A DNA stretch of 64,000 bases, from assembly GCA_041619555.1 (NCBI GenBank), contig JBFKDQ010000005.1, forward strand, positions 31,004 to 95,003, in the 5' to 3' direction. The DNA comes from Oceanococcus sp. Its GTDB lineage: Bacteria > Pseudomonadota > Gammaproteobacteria > Nevskiales > Oceanococcaceae. This document shows, piece after piece, positions 37,219 through 47,175 of the stretch (its first letter is position 1; the number at the start of each line of letters is the position of its first letter). The notes under the pieces are model-generated. The model did not search any database. It was not told where the DNA came from and saw only the letters and a program-made list of their open reading frames with translations. The position numbers and the translations under genes are program-made.

Positions 37219-38211
37219 TCAGGCCGCCAGTGCGGCGTCTTGCTCCGCGCCCAGCAAGCGCTTGCGGGCCTGCGCATACTGCTGCTTGAGACGCTCGATG
37301 TATTCGCCGGCGGACGGCACATCGCGGATCACGCCAATGCCCTGACCACAGCCCCAGATGTCCTTCCAGGCCTTGGCTTCCTCCATGGCTTCGGCACTGG
37401 AGAAATCCATGCTGGTGACATCGCCTTGCGGCAGTCGCTCGGGATCCATGCCGGCACGTTCGATCGAGGGGCGCAGGTAATTGCCGTGCACGCCGGTAAA
37501 TAGATTGGTGTAGATGATGTCCTCGCCGCTGCTCTCCACGATCATCTGCTTGTAGTCGGCCACCGCATTGGCTTCCCGGGTGGCAATGAACGGGCTGCCG
37601 ATGTAGGCCAGATCCGCCCCCATGGCCTGCGCTGCGAGCACCGCATCCCCACTTGCGATACAGCCTGACAGCAGCAAGGGACCATCAAACCACTGGCGAA
37701 TTTCCTGCACCAGAGCAAAGGGTGACAGCCCCCCGGCGTGGCCACCAGCGCCGCTGGCCACCGCGATCAGGCCATCGGCGCCCTTCTCGATCGCCTTGTG
37801 GGCAAACTTCTGATTGATGACATCATGCAGAACGATGCCGCCATAGGAATGCACGGCCTCATTCACGTCCACGCGCGCGCCGAGCGAGGTGATGACAATC
37901 GGCACCTTGTACTTCACGCACATCTCCAGATCATGCTGCAGACGGGTATTGGACTTGTGCACGATCTGATTGACTGCATAAGGCGCCGCCGGCGACTCGG
38001 GATGGGCCTGGTTATGCGCATCGAGCGCCGCATTGATCTGTTGCAGCCACTGCTCCAGCTGTTCGGCCGGGCGCGCGTTCAGCGCGGGAAAGGAACCGAC
38101 GATGCCGGCCTTGCATTGAGCGATCACCAATTCCGGCCCGGATACGATGAACATCGGTGAACCCACGACGGGCAGTTGCAGATTTTTCTTCAGAATATCG
38201 GGGAGGGCCAC
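37219..38211 (-). CDS. Nitronate monooxygenase family / NAD(P)H-dependent flavin oxidoreductase
   Basis: PVVGSPMFIVS, AVNQIVH, GAGGHAG, AMGADLAYIGSPFIAT motifs; GTG start with AGGAG RBS. Confidence 0.88.
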   Translation of the reverse strand: MALPDILKKNLQLPVVGSPMFIVSGPELVIAQCKAGIVGSFPALNARPAEQLEQWLQQINAALDAHNQAHPESPAAPYAVNQIVHKSNTRLQHDLEMCVKYKVPIVITSLGARVDVNEAVHSYGGIVLHDVINQKFAHKAIEKGADGLIAVASGAGGHAGGLSPFALVQEIRQWFDGPLLLSGCIASGDAVLAAQAMGADLAYIGSPFIATREANAVADYKQMIVESSGEDIIYTNLFTGVHGNYLRPSIERAGMDPERLPQGDVTSMDFSSAEAMEEAKAWKDIWGCGQGIGVIRDVPSAGEYIERLKQQYAQARKRLLGAEQDAALAA

Positions 38212-38231
38212 GGCAGAAGCTCCTGTTGGTT

Positions 38232-38253
38232 TATGTGACTAATCGGTAACATA
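38232..38253. promoter_or_regulatory. Imperfect palindrome (candidate operator) upstream of the nitronate monooxygenase-like gene
   Basis: TATGTGACTAATCGGTAACATA, 16/22 self-complementary, AT-rich. Confidence 0.5.
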
Positions 38254-38441
38254 CCACAGCCTATGCGCCCGACCAAGGGCGTGATCGTGCCCTGCCGCGC
38301 AGCTCGATATGGCGCAGGCCACCACGCTTTCGAGCCAGGTTTTCACAGCCGCTGACTGCAGCGTTTACACCTCGCTTTGACAGGGACACCGCGAGTGGCA
38401 GTGATCCATGGCGACCTCGCCGCGCCGCGTCCTCGCGCCGT

Positions 38442-39965
38442 TCAGGCGGCCCTGGCCTTGAGTTCGAGGCCATCCTCGTTGCCGGATGCACCCAGGGCAT
38501 GGCAGGCATAGTTTTCGATGTCGAAGCGACGCGTGGCGAGTCGGAACTGCCATGTGAAATACGGCCAGAGGGTGACGTTCTTGCCGCTGCGGTCGAGATA
38601 CCAGCTCTGGCATCCCCCTTTCATCCACACCGTTCCCGCCAGCTTGCGCTGCAAACGGGCATTGAACGCCTCCAGCGCTACCGGCTGCAGTTCCACCGCA
38701 TGGACCTGACGCGCATCCATCTTGGCCAGCGCATCCATCACGTACTGGATCTGGGACTCGAGCATGAACACCATGGAACTGTGCCCCAGCCCGGTGTTCG
38801 GCCCCGCCAGCAAAAACAGGTTCGGAAAACCGCTGAGGGTGGTGCCCTTGTAAGCCTGAGGGCCGGTGCTTGCCCAGGCCGTGGTGATGTCCACCCCCCC
38901 CCTGCCGGTCAGAACACCCGGCGGCAGCGGCTCGGTCGCGGCGAAACCGGTGGCGAGGATCACCGCGTCGACCTTGCGCTCGATGCCGGCCTGATCAATC
39001 ACGCCATCGGCGGTGAAACGCGCGATCCCGCTGGTGATGACATTAACGTTGTCGCGGCACAGCGCCGGATAGTAGTTGTTCGACAGCAGGATTCGCTTGC
39101 AGCCCAGCACATAATCCGGGGTCAGTTTTGCACGCAGCACCGGGTCCTCGACCTGTCGCTTGATGTTGCGCCGGGCCTGTGGTTGCAGCAGTTTGAGTAT
39201 CCAGGGCGCCAGCGTGAACGCGGTCGCACGGAACTCCAGAAACCAGTACAGAAGCTTGCGATACAAATTCTGGCTGGCTGGCAGGCGGCGGAACAGACCC
39301 TGGATCCATTTCGGCACCGGATGATCCCATTTCGGCATGATCCAGGGCGGCGTGCGCTGGTACAGGTCCAGGCCTGCAAGCTGTGGTGCGATCTCCGGCA
39401 CCAGCTGGACCGCACTGGCGCCGGTGCCAATCACCGCCACCCGCTTGCCCTGAAGCGCATAGTCATGATCCCACTGCTGGGAGTGAAAGACCTTGCCATC
39501 AAACTGGTCCAGGCCGGGAAAATCCGGAATCGAAGCGCGGCTCAGAGTGCCCATGCCGGACACGAGAACCCGGGCGGTACAAAATCCGCCCTTGCCGTCA
39601 TGCAGTTCCCACAAGCCGGTTTCATCATTGTAATGGGCGCGGGCAAGTTCGGTGTTGAAACGGATGTGCTCACGCAAACCGTACTTGTCCACGCAATGAT
39701 CCAGATAGGAGCGAATTTCCGCCTGCGGCGAGAAGGTCCGCGACCAGTCGGGCTTGGGCTCGAAGGAAAAGGAATACAGATGCGACTGCACATCACAGGC
39801 GCATCCCGGGTAGGTGTTCACCAGCCAGGTACCGCCAACCTCCGCTTCACGCTCCCAGACCACGAAATCCTCATGGCCCATTTGCCTGAGCTTCACGGCC
39901 ATCCCGATCCCGGCAAAGCCGCTGCCGATGATCACCACATCAATATCCGCCGCGCTGCGCTGCAT
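38442..39965 (-). CDS. Flavin-containing monooxygenase (type I Baeyer-Villiger monooxygenase)
   Basis: GSGFAG, GGTWLVNTYPGCACD, fingerprint FDGKVFHSQQW, second Rossmann motif GTGASA, ATGF. Confidence 0.92.
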   Translation of the reverse strand: MQRSAADIDVVIIGSGFAGIGMAVKLRQMGHEDFVVWEREAEVGGTWLVNTYPGCACDVQSHLYSFSFEPKPDWSRTFSPQAEIRSYLDHCVDKYGLREHIRFNTELARAHYNDETGLWELHDGKGGFCTARVLVSGMGTLSRASIPDFPGLDQFDGKVFHSQQWDHDYALQGKRVAVIGTGASAVQLVPEIAPQLAGLDLYQRTPPWIMPKWDHPVPKWIQGLFRRLPASQNLYRKLLYWFLEFRATAFTLAPWILKLLQPQARRNIKRQVEDPVLRAKLTPDYVLGCKRILLSNNYYPALCRDNVNVITSGIARFTADGVIDQAGIERKVDAVILATGFAATEPLPPGVLTGRGGVDITTAWASTGPQAYKGTTLSGFPNLFLLAGPNTGLGHSSMVFMLESQIQYVMDALAKMDARQVHAVELQPVALEAFNARLQRKLAGTVWMKGGCQSWYLDRSGKNVTLWPYFTWQFRLATRRFDIENYACHALGASGNEDGLELKARAA

Positions 39966-39977
39966 CCTGATCCAACC

Positions 39978-40026
39978 AAGTGACAATTAATCTTGTCACT
40001 TTTACATCTGACAATTTTTCATGTCA
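39978..40026. promoter_or_regulatory. Two tandem TGACA-N8-TGTCA operators between the divergent BVMO and TetR genes
   Basis: AAGTGACAA-TTAATC-TTGTCACTT (39978-40001, perfect 9-bp arms) and TGACA-ATTTTTCA-TGTCA (40009-40026). Confidence 0.75.
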
Positions 40027-40037
40027 ACATGGTGTGC

Positions 40038-40673
40038 ATGTCCGCTCCAGAACGCACCTATCGTGGCCAGAGTCCGGCAACACGCCGCGCACTTCGACGC
40101 CAGCGACTGATTCACGCCGGCATGCAGATCTTCGGCACCACCGGCTTTCATGCCACCACGATCAAGCAGTTGTGTCTGGGCGCCGGCCTCACCGAGCGGT
40201 ATTTCTACGAGAGCTTTCCCAATCGTGAGGCCTTGTTCACCGCCTGTTACGACCAGGCCCTCGACGCCTTGCTCGAATTGATCATCGCCGCGCTGCGGGA
40301 GGCGTCCGACCAATCCACCACCAGCCTGGCACAGACCGGTCTCCGCGCTTTCTTTCATGCCCTGCAGCAGGATCACTACATGGCCCGCATTCTGCTCGTG
40401 GAAATCTATGGCGTGAGCTACGACCAGGAACGTTTGTTCCGCCAGTCCATCGGGCGTTTCTCCGCCCTCGTGGAACAAATCGCGCTGAACTCGAAAACCC
40501 GCGCGCAGGCCACCGTGGCCTTCGATCTGGAATTGCTCGCCACCGGCCTGGTCGGCGTCTGCATCCAGATGGCCCACCGCTGGGTGATGGAAGGATTCCG
40601 CCACCCGACGGAAACCCTGGTCGCGAACTGCATGCTGATCTTCAGCGGACTGGAGGATCGCCTGCGGGCCTGA
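40038..40673 (+). CDS. TetR/AcrR family regulator
   Basis: RTYRGQS...RRQRLI and GFHATTIKQLCLGAGLTERYFYESF HTH. Confidence 0.9.
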   Translation: MSAPERTYRGQSPATRRALRRQRLIHAGMQIFGTTGFHATTIKQLCLGAGLTERYFYESFPNREALFTACYDQALDALLELIIAALREASDQSTTSLAQTGLRAFFHALQQDHYMARILLVEIYGVSYDQERLFRQSIGRFSALVEQIALNSKTRAQATVAFDLELLATGLVGVCIQMAHRWVMEGFRHPTETLVANCMLIFSGLEDRLRA

Positions 40674-40785
40674 GTGCTCCCCGTCCGCCGGCCCCAGGCT
40701 CGGAGCACATGACAAACCTGGAACGCCGCAACGCCGGCCTGCGTTAAGATGGCCCCTTTTCCTTCACCAGTTGCAACATTTACCA

Positions 40786-41163
40786 ATGAACACAACGCTT
40801 TTGTATGCCGGCCTGCTGGGCCTGTGGTTTCTGGTTCTGAGCATCCGGGTGATTCAGGGCCGCGGCAAGATTCCCATCGGCGACGGCGGCGACCCGCAGA
40901 TGCTGCGCCTGATGCGCGGCCACGCCAATTTCGCCGAGTATGTGCCACTGATCCTCATCATGATGGCGCTGCTGGAAAGTCGGGGTCTGAGCCAGGGCTG
41001 GATTCATCTGCTCGGACTGGCCACCCTGATCGGTCGCCTACTGCACGGTTATGCCTTTGCATTCAGCGCCCATTTTCCACCCGGCCGGCTGATCGGCACC
41101 ACCCTGACCCTGCTCAGCCTCCTCGTTGGGTCTTCGCTGGCGATCTGGCAAAGCCTGAACTAA
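40786..41163 (+). CDS. MAPEG family membrane protein
   Basis: LYAGLLGL, IGDGGD, RGHANFAEYVP, IGRLLH motifs. Confidence 0.88.
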   Translation: MNTTLLYAGLLGLWFLVLSIRVIQGRGKIPIGDGGDPQMLRLMRGHANFAEYVPLILIMMALLESRGLSQGWIHLLGLATLIGRLLHGYAFAFSAHFPPGRLIGTTLTLLSLLVGSSLAIWQSLN

Positions 41164-41177
41164 GACCGGACCTGCCC

Positions 41178-42218
41178 ATGGCCAGCATCTGCATCTTCGG
41201 CGCCGGCAGCATCGGCTGTTATGTTGGCGGCCGTCTGGGTGCGAGCGGCGCCGCCATCCAGCTGATCGGCCGCCCGCGCATCGCCGAGGAATTAGGTCAG
41301 CACGGCCTGCATCTGAGCGACTACCGTGGCGACGCCCTGCACTGGCCAGCCGAGGCCGTGAGGTTCAGCACCGCCACCGAGACCCTGAACGATGCGGAAC
41401 TGGTCCTCGTTACGGTCAAGTCGGCCGCCACCACCGACACGGCCGACATCCTGGCCAGGCACCTGCGCCCCGGCGCGTTGGTGATCAGCTTCCAGAACGG
41501 CCTGGGCAATGCAGCCATCCTGGCGAAACGATTGCCAAAGCATCAGGTGCTCGCCGGGATGGTGCCCTTCAATGTCGTCCATCAGGGTCAGGGGCGCTTT
41601 CACCAGGGGTCGGAAGGCAGCCTGGAAGTCGCCGCGTCCAGTGGCCTTGCGCCGTTTCTCCCCGCCTTCAAGCAAGCCGGCCTGCCCCTGCTGCAGCACG
41701 CCGACATGCAGGCCGTGCTGTGGGCCAAGTTGCTGTTGAACCTGAACAATGCCATCAACGCCCTGTGTGGCCAGCCGCTCAAGCAGGAGCTGTCGCAGCG
41801 GGATTTCCGCCGCTGCCTCGCCCTCGCCCAGCGCGAAGCCTTACACCTGATGCAGATCGCCGGCATCCGTCCTGCCCGTCTGACCCCCCTGCCGCCCGGC
41901 TGGATTCCAAGCCTGCTGGGCGCACCGAATGTGCTGTTCCATCTGCTCGCCAACAAGATGCTGGCCATTGACCCCGAAGCCCGTTCATCCATGTGGGAAG
42001 ACCTGGAGAACGGCCGGGCCACCGAGATTGACTGGCTCAATGGCGAGGTCCTGCGCCTCGCCGAATCGCTGCGCACAACGGCTCCGGTCAATGCCCATCT
42101 GATCGCGTTGATCCGCGCTGCGGAACGTGGCGGCCGGCGAGACTGGACCGGCCCGGAGCTTTACGCGCAACTGCGCCGGCTCGCCAGTTCAGGTCGTCCG
42201 CAGCCTCAGCCGCGCTGA
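41178..42218 (+). CDS. panE: 2-dehydropantoate 2-reductase (ApbA/PanE family)
   Basis: IFGAGSIG, VTVKS, SFQNG, WAKLLLN, SSMWEDL, TEIDWLNGEV motifs. Confidence 0.8.
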   Translation: MASICIFGAGSIGCYVGGRLGASGAAIQLIGRPRIAEELGQHGLHLSDYRGDALHWPAEAVRFSTATETLNDAELVLVTVKSAATTDTADILARHLRPGALVISFQNGLGNAAILAKRLPKHQVLAGMVPFNVVHQGQGRFHQGSEGSLEVAASSGLAPFLPAFKQAGLPLLQHADMQAVLWAKLLLNLNNAINALCGQPLKQELSQRDFRRCLALAQREALHLMQIAGIRPARLTPLPPGWIPSLLGAPNVLFHLLANKMLAIDPEARSSMWEDLENGRATEIDWLNGEVLRLAESLRTTAPVNAHLIALIRAAERGGRRDWTGPELYAQLRRLASSGRPQPQPR

Positions 42219-43474
42219 AACCGATACGGCCGCGGGTCGATCGCTGGCGTCTCGCCGCTGATGAGTTCCGCCAGCAGCCGTCCGGAGCCCAGGGAATGGG
42301 TCCAGCCCAGATGACCGTGGCCGGCACACAGATACAGCCCTTCAATCGGGGTGGCGCCGATGTAGGGCACGCAGTCGGCGGCCATCGGACGAAAGCCACA
42401 CCAGGGAATCGCCGCTTGCCGGTCATAGCTTTCCAGTTGTGACGGCAACAGATTCTCCAGCAAGGTCCAGAGCGCTTGCAGCCGTCCTGGGGGCAGGCGC
42501 CGATCCCAGCCAGCGAATTCGGCCGAACCGGCCAAGCGCAGTTGATCGGTGAAAGGCGTCAGCGCGATGTGATGATGATGATCGACCACCGCCAGCGAGG
42601 GCAGCCGTGCACCCGAGCGCGCCGGAACCGTCAGGGAATAACCTTTCACCGGCCGCACCGGCAAGCTCAGCCCCAGCGACCGAAGCAGGGCCGGGGTGTG
42701 CGCCGCCGTCGCCATCACCACCCGATTCGCCGCATGCTCGCCCGCACTGGTTCGCAGCGCGACCACCCGTCCGGATTCCTGGCGGATGGCCTGCAGGGTC
42801 TCGTCGAAGCGGAACTTCACGCCGGCCCGCTGCAGCGCAGCAGCCAGACCCACGCAATAAAGATGGGCATTGCCGGTTTCGTCCTGATGAAAATGTACGC
42901 CGCCGACGAACTGATGGGCCACCTCAGCCAGCAGCGGCTCGGTCGTCGCGATGCCGGCCGGATCGAGCAGTTCGGCTTCCAGTCCCAGGCTGCGCAGCAG
43001 ATCCAGGTGGCGCCGCGCAGCCTGCAGGTCTGCCGCATGACGGTACACCTGCATGGTGCCGCGGGTGCGCAGGCTATAGTCCCACTCGACCGATGCACGC
43101 AAGGCCCTGAACTCGGCCAGACTCAGCTGGGCGAGCGCAAAATTCGCCAGAGTGGAGCGACGATAGGCCGCGGGCAGGGAATTGCGAAGAAATCGGAAGC
43201 CCCAAGTCAAATACTGCGGCAGAGCGGGCAAGCGCAACAGCATCGGCGCCTGTTCCCGCCCCAGCCAGGCCAGCAGGTGGCGCCACACGCCGGGCGAATT
43301 CCAGGGATCGGCCATCGAAGGCGTCAACATGCCGGCATTGGCGTAACTGGTCTCCAAGGCCACGCCCTCGCGGGCCTCCAGGATCTGCACCTGATAGCCC
43401 TTGCGCTGCAATGCCCAAGCCGAAGCCAGACCGGCCAGGCCGGCTCCGACGACCGTGATTTGCGTAGATCCCAA
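42206..43474 (-). CDS. dadA: FAD-dependent D-amino acid dehydrogenase (DadA-like)
   Basis: VVGAGLAG, ETSYANAG, PVKGYSLT, LRLAGSAE, WCGFRP, GHGHLGWT motifs; TTG start. Confidence 0.75.
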   Translation of the reverse strand: MGSTQITVVGAGLAGLASAWALQRKGYQVQILEAREGVALETSYANAGMLTPSMADPWNSPGVWRHLLAWLGREQAPMLLRLPALPQYLTWGFRFLRNSLPAAYRRSTLANFALAQLSLAEFRALRASVEWDYSLRTRGTMQVYRHAADLQAARRHLDLLRSLGLEAELLDPAGIATTEPLLAEVAHQFVGGVHFHQDETGNAHLYCVGLAAALQRAGVKFRFDETLQAIRQESGRVVALRTSAGEHAANRVVMATAAHTPALLRSLGLSLPVRPVKGYSLTVPARSGARLPSLAVVDHHHHIALTPFTDQLRLAGSAEFAGWDRRLPPGRLQALWTLLENLLPSQLESYDRQAAIPWCGFRPMAADCVPYIGATPIEGLYLCAGHGHLGWTHSLGSGRLLAELISGETPAIDPRPYRFQRG

Positions 43475-43491
43475 GATTCCGTTCTTATTTA

Positions 43492-43511
43492 TGTATCATA
43501 CAAGCATGAAT
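43492..43511. promoter_or_regulatory. Candidate TetR operator between dadA-like and TetR genes
   Basis: TGTAT-C-ATACA palindrome (43492-43502) overlapping ATACA-AGCA-TGAAT (43498-43511). Confidence 0.5.
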
Positions 43512-43533
43512 ATCTCTTTCCTTGCCCGGGTTC

Positions 43534-44181
43534 ATGCCGAATAATCTCAATACCCGTCAGCGCCAACAGCGCCAGCTGACCATCCCCGAACCAGGCCGCA
43601 AAGGCAACATCAAGGTGACGCGCGAAGGCTGGCTGGCCTGCGCGAAGGTCGTCCTCATCGAGGAGGGCATCAGTGCGGTCAAGGTCGATCGCCTGGCCAA
43701 ACGCCTGAACGTGACCCGCGGGGGATTCTACTATCATTTCAAGAACCACCATGGCCTGCTGGAAGACCTGCTGGAAATCTGGCGCAGCGAAAACCGCTTC
43801 ACGCCGGTGCGCTTGCAACTGGCCACGCCCGAAGAGGCGGCACGCACCCTGGAAGCCATTTGCGACGACGTGATGCACGAGCGCGGCTTCGATCCGCAGT
43901 TCGACATGGCGATCCGCGAATGGGCCCGGATCTCCGCCCCGGTGGCCAGCGTCGTCCACAAGGTCGATGATGAGCGTACCGTCGCCCTGCAACGGGTGTT
44001 CGCCGCCATCGGCTACCCGCAGGATGAAGCCTATATCCGGGCGCGGGTGTTCTACACCCATCAGATTGGCTACTACACCATCGGCGTGGATGAATCGATC
44101 GATGTCCGCGAGAAGAACCTGCGAATTTACCTTGAAGTTCTCGGCGGCAGCGCCTTCCGGCGCCTGAGCAGCCCACCCTAG
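43534..44181 (+). CDS. TetR/AcrR family regulator
   Basis: GISAVKVDRLAKRLNVTRGGFYYHFKN HTH; AIREWAR motif. Confidence 0.9.
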   Translation: MPNNLNTRQRQQRQLTIPEPGRKGNIKVTREGWLACAKVVLIEEGISAVKVDRLAKRLNVTRGGFYYHFKNHHGLLEDLLEIWRSENRFTPVRLQLATPEEAARTLEAICDDVMHERGFDPQFDMAIREWARISAPVASVVHKVDDERTVALQRVFAAIGYPQDEAYIRARVFYTHQIGYYTIGVDESIDVREKNLRIYLEVLGGSAFRRLSSPP

Positions 44182-44195
44182 GCCCTGCCGCCACA

Positions 44196-45617
44196 ATGGA
44201 AAGCATCAGCATTTTCGAGATGCTCAAGATCGGCATCGGCCCCTCGAGTTCACATACCCTGGGCCCCTGGCGCGCGGTGCAGCGCTGGATATCCGAAGCC
44301 TTGCACGACGCCCGCCCCAACCGCCTGCAAATCACCCTGTATGGTTCGCTGGCGCTGACCGGCAAAGGTCATGGGACCGCCACCGCCATCGCGCTTGCGT
44401 TGCTCGGCCAGGATCCCGAAACCGTCGACATCGATGCGATTGATTCCCTGATTACCGAACTCGAGCATGCGCGTTGCATCCGCCTTCCCAATGGGCAGGC
44501 GCTGCATTTCGATCCGCAAGCCGACATCCTCTACAAGGGCGACGAGCAGCTGCCCGGCCACCCGAATGGCATGCGTTTCTGCCACTGGCAGGACGGCAGG
44601 CCGCACTGCCAGATCTACTATTCCATTGGCGGCGGTTTCGTCATCGCCGACCATGACCGCACAGGAGCAGCGCCACCCCAGGCGCTGCCCTATCCCTGCC
44701 AGAAGGCCAGCGAACTGCAGAACTACTGCGATCGCGACGGGCTGCGCATCGCCGAACTGGTGCGCGCCAACGAACGCAGCTGGCGTGATGACGAGGCTAT
44801 CGACAGACAACTGGATCTGATCTGGCAAACCATGCTGAACACCATGTACCGGGGCTGCCATCGCGACGGCATCCTGCCCGGCGGGCTCAAGGTCGTGCGC
44901 CGCGCGGCCAGCATGAACCGGCAACTGCTGGGCCAGCAGCAGGTGGAGCACATCGATTCCCCTTCCGCCTGGCTACAGGCCATCCGTGAGCAGGCGCCGG
45001 GTTTCGCCAGCACCATGCGCTGGATCAGCTGTTTCGCCCTCGCGGTCAACGAGGAAAACGCCAGCCTGGGGCGGGTCGTCACCGCCCCGACCAACGGCGC
45101 CGCCGGTGTCATCCCGGCGGTGCTGATGTACCACCTGTGTTCCCGCACGCCGGAGCCCGATGCGGTAACCGTGCGCAACTTCCTGATGGTGGCGGGCGAG
45201 CTGGGCACTCACTTCAAGAAAAATGCGACCATCTCGGCCGCTGCCGGCGGCTGCCAGGCGGAAATCGGCGTGTCCTCGGCGATGGCGGCCGCGGCGCTGT
45301 GCGAAGCCCTGGGCGGCAGCGTGGCCCAGTCACTAATGGCAGCGGAAATCGCGATGGAACATCACCTGGGCATGACCTGCGACCCGGTCGGCGGACTGGT
45401 GCAAATTCCGTGTATCGAGCGCAATGCGATGGGCGCGGTGAAAGCCATCAATGCCGCTCAGCTGGCCTTAAGCCGGCATCCCGGCGAGGCGCGGGTATCG
45501 CTCGATGAGGTGATCCGTACGATGGCACAGACCGCTCGCGACATGAGCAGCAACTACAAGGAAACGTCCCTGGGCGGGCTTGCGGTCAATATTGCCGTCA
45601 ATCACCCCGAGTGCTGA
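44196..45617 (+). CDS. sdaA: L-serine ammonia-lyase, Fe-S dependent
   Basis: IGIGPSSSHTLGP, YGSLALTGKGH, YYSIGGGF, VTAPTNGAAG, GCQAEIG, HHLGMTCDPVGGLVQIPCIERN motifs. Confidence 0.95.
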   Translation: MESISIFEMLKIGIGPSSSHTLGPWRAVQRWISEALHDARPNRLQITLYGSLALTGKGHGTATAIALALLGQDPETVDIDAIDSLITELEHARCIRLPNGQALHFDPQADILYKGDEQLPGHPNGMRFCHWQDGRPHCQIYYSIGGGFVIADHDRTGAAPPQALPYPCQKASELQNYCDRDGLRIAELVRANERSWRDDEAIDRQLDLIWQTMLNTMYRGCHRDGILPGGLKVVRRAASMNRQLLGQQQVEHIDSPSAWLQAIREQAPGFASTMRWISCFALAVNEENASLGRVVTAPTNGAAGVIPAVLMYHLCSRTPEPDAVTVRNFLMVAGELGTHFKKNATISAAAGGCQAEIGVSSAMAAAALCEALGGSVAQSLMAAEIAMEHHLGMTCDPVGGLVQIPCIERNAMGAVKAINAAQLALSRHPGEARVSLDEVIRTMAQTARDMSSNYKETSLGGLAVNIAVNHPEC

Positions 45618-45674
45618 AGTCTCAGTCCGGGGCCAGGATTCGATCGCGGCCCCACGCGAACATGGCGCAGAGGC

Positions 45675-46271
45675 CTAGTCCTTGACGTTCTCGCCGCCGT
45701 CTTCGAGATCGGCGGGACGGCGCCAGTAGCTGTACTGCGGCGTCCAGGTCGAGGCATCCTCACCCGCCAGGCTGAGCACGCTCCAGATCGAGCAGAAATC
45801 ATCCCCGGGACCGAAGCTCGTCGCGTTCAGGCGAAAAATCCGTTCGCCATCACGCCGGTAGCAGACCATGCCGGGATAATTGCCCTCGCCAGGCACCACC
45901 GACTGCTCCTGGATGTAGGCGCCGCCGTCGTGCGAGGCCATGCGGAAACGCCAGCCGCGGGCATTGGCCATGCGGCGCTGCTCGGCGGGACTGTCCTTGG
46001 ACAAAAGGGCGACCGCGAAACGGTCCTCCAGATGCGGCAGGAAGCCGTTCAAACCATCGGCCCACAGGGTGCAATAGCGACAGCCCTGCCCCATGTTATG
46101 AATCGCAAACAGCACTTTGTGCTCGCCGAACAGGTCCAGCAGGCTCAACTCCCCGCTGAGGTCCCGCAATGGATAGTTCTGGATGCGTTGCGGCTCGGAT
46201 TTCTTGCGCAGGCCATCAAGCTGCTGCTTCAGATCGAAGATCTGTTTTTCCAGTTTCTGAATGTCTTCCAT
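45675..46271 (-). CDS. DUF899 family thioredoxin-like protein
   Basis: LLDLFGEH, HNMGQGCRYCTLWADGLNG, ARGWRFRMAS motifs. Confidence 0.85.
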   Translation of the reverse strand: MEDIQKLEKQIFDLKQQLDGLRKKSEPQRIQNYPLRDLSGELSLLDLFGEHKVLFAIHNMGQGCRYCTLWADGLNGFLPHLEDRFAVALLSKDSPAEQRRMANARGWRFRMASHDGGAYIQEQSVVPGEGNYPGMVCYRRDGERIFRLNATSFGPGDDFCSIWSVLSLAGEDASTWTPQYSYWRRPADLEDGGENVKD

Positions 46272-46311
46272 ACCCGTCCCCCCGGTTGAGTCGCCATCAT
46301 AGCGCAGGATT

Positions 46312-47103
46312 TCAGCGAAACAGAATGGCGCTCAGACGCGTACGCAGCGCGTTCACCCGCTCAGGATCATCCTGCCAGTAGGCCATCAGCCCCAGCAAAG
46401 CCTTGCGCGCGGCATCATCACCATGGTGACGATCGGCCTTGAGACTGCCGAGCAGCGATTCAACCGCGGCATCCAGCTGCAAGGCCCGCAACTGCTGCAG
46501 GGCATCGGCATACGCCTTTGCCGCCGGCGTCTCCGAACCATCCGGCTCGCGCAGCAATTGCGCCGCCAGCAGCTTGAGCTGCTCGGCCTCGGCCGCCTCA
46601 TCGGCATTGACCGGCAAGCGTCCCAGCAGACTCTGCGCTTCCGCTGGCGCCGACCACAGCTTGGCCTTGGCGAGCAGGAACAGCGCGGATGGAAGGTCGG
46701 GCTGCCGCGCCAGCACAGGCTCCAGCAGGCCGCTCGCCGCCTCGCTGTCACCGGCACGCAGCAGCGCAGCCGCTTGCTCGATCGCCGCCGCAAAGGGGCC
46801 GGGCAGATGCTGCGCCAGCCAGCGGGCAATCTCCGACTTCGGCAGGGCACCGGAAAACTCCGCCCGCACCGCACCGTCGATAAACAGCTTGCAATGCGGA
46901 ATGCTGCGAATACCCAATGAGCTCGCCAGCGCGGGCTGCTCTTCGGTATTCAGCTTGAGCAATTGCAAGTGCCCGGCATGCTCCTGCGCCAGTTCATCCA
47001 GCACCGGCGCCAGACTGCGGCAGGGTCCGCACCAGGGCGCCCAGAAATCCACCAGCACCGGAATCTCCCGGCTCCGCTCCATGACCTCCGCTTCGAAATC
47101 CAT
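46312..47103 (-). CDS. cnoX: Thioredoxin plus TPR co-chaperone (YbbN/CnoX-like)
   Basis: LVDFWAPWCGPCR, IRSIP, TPR-like helices, DDAARKALL...LRTRLSAILF C-terminus. Confidence 0.8.
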   Translation of the reverse strand: MDFEAEVMERSREIPVLVDFWAPWCGPCRSLAPVLDELAQEHAGHLQLLKLNTEEQPALASSLGIRSIPHCKLFIDGAVRAEFSGALPKSEIARWLAQHLPGPFAAAIEQAAALLRAGDSEAASGLLEPVLARQPDLPSALFLLAKAKLWSAPAEAQSLLGRLPVNADEAAEAEQLKLLAAQLLREPDGSETPAAKAYADALQQLRALQLDAAVESLLGSLKADRHHGDDAARKALLGLMAYWQDDPERVNALRTRLSAILFR

Positions 47104-47175
47104 GCTTCGCTCTCTTGTCGTTTGCCTCGTGTTCTCCCGCACCGGACCGGCCAAATTCGGGCCAGCCGCGTGGGC

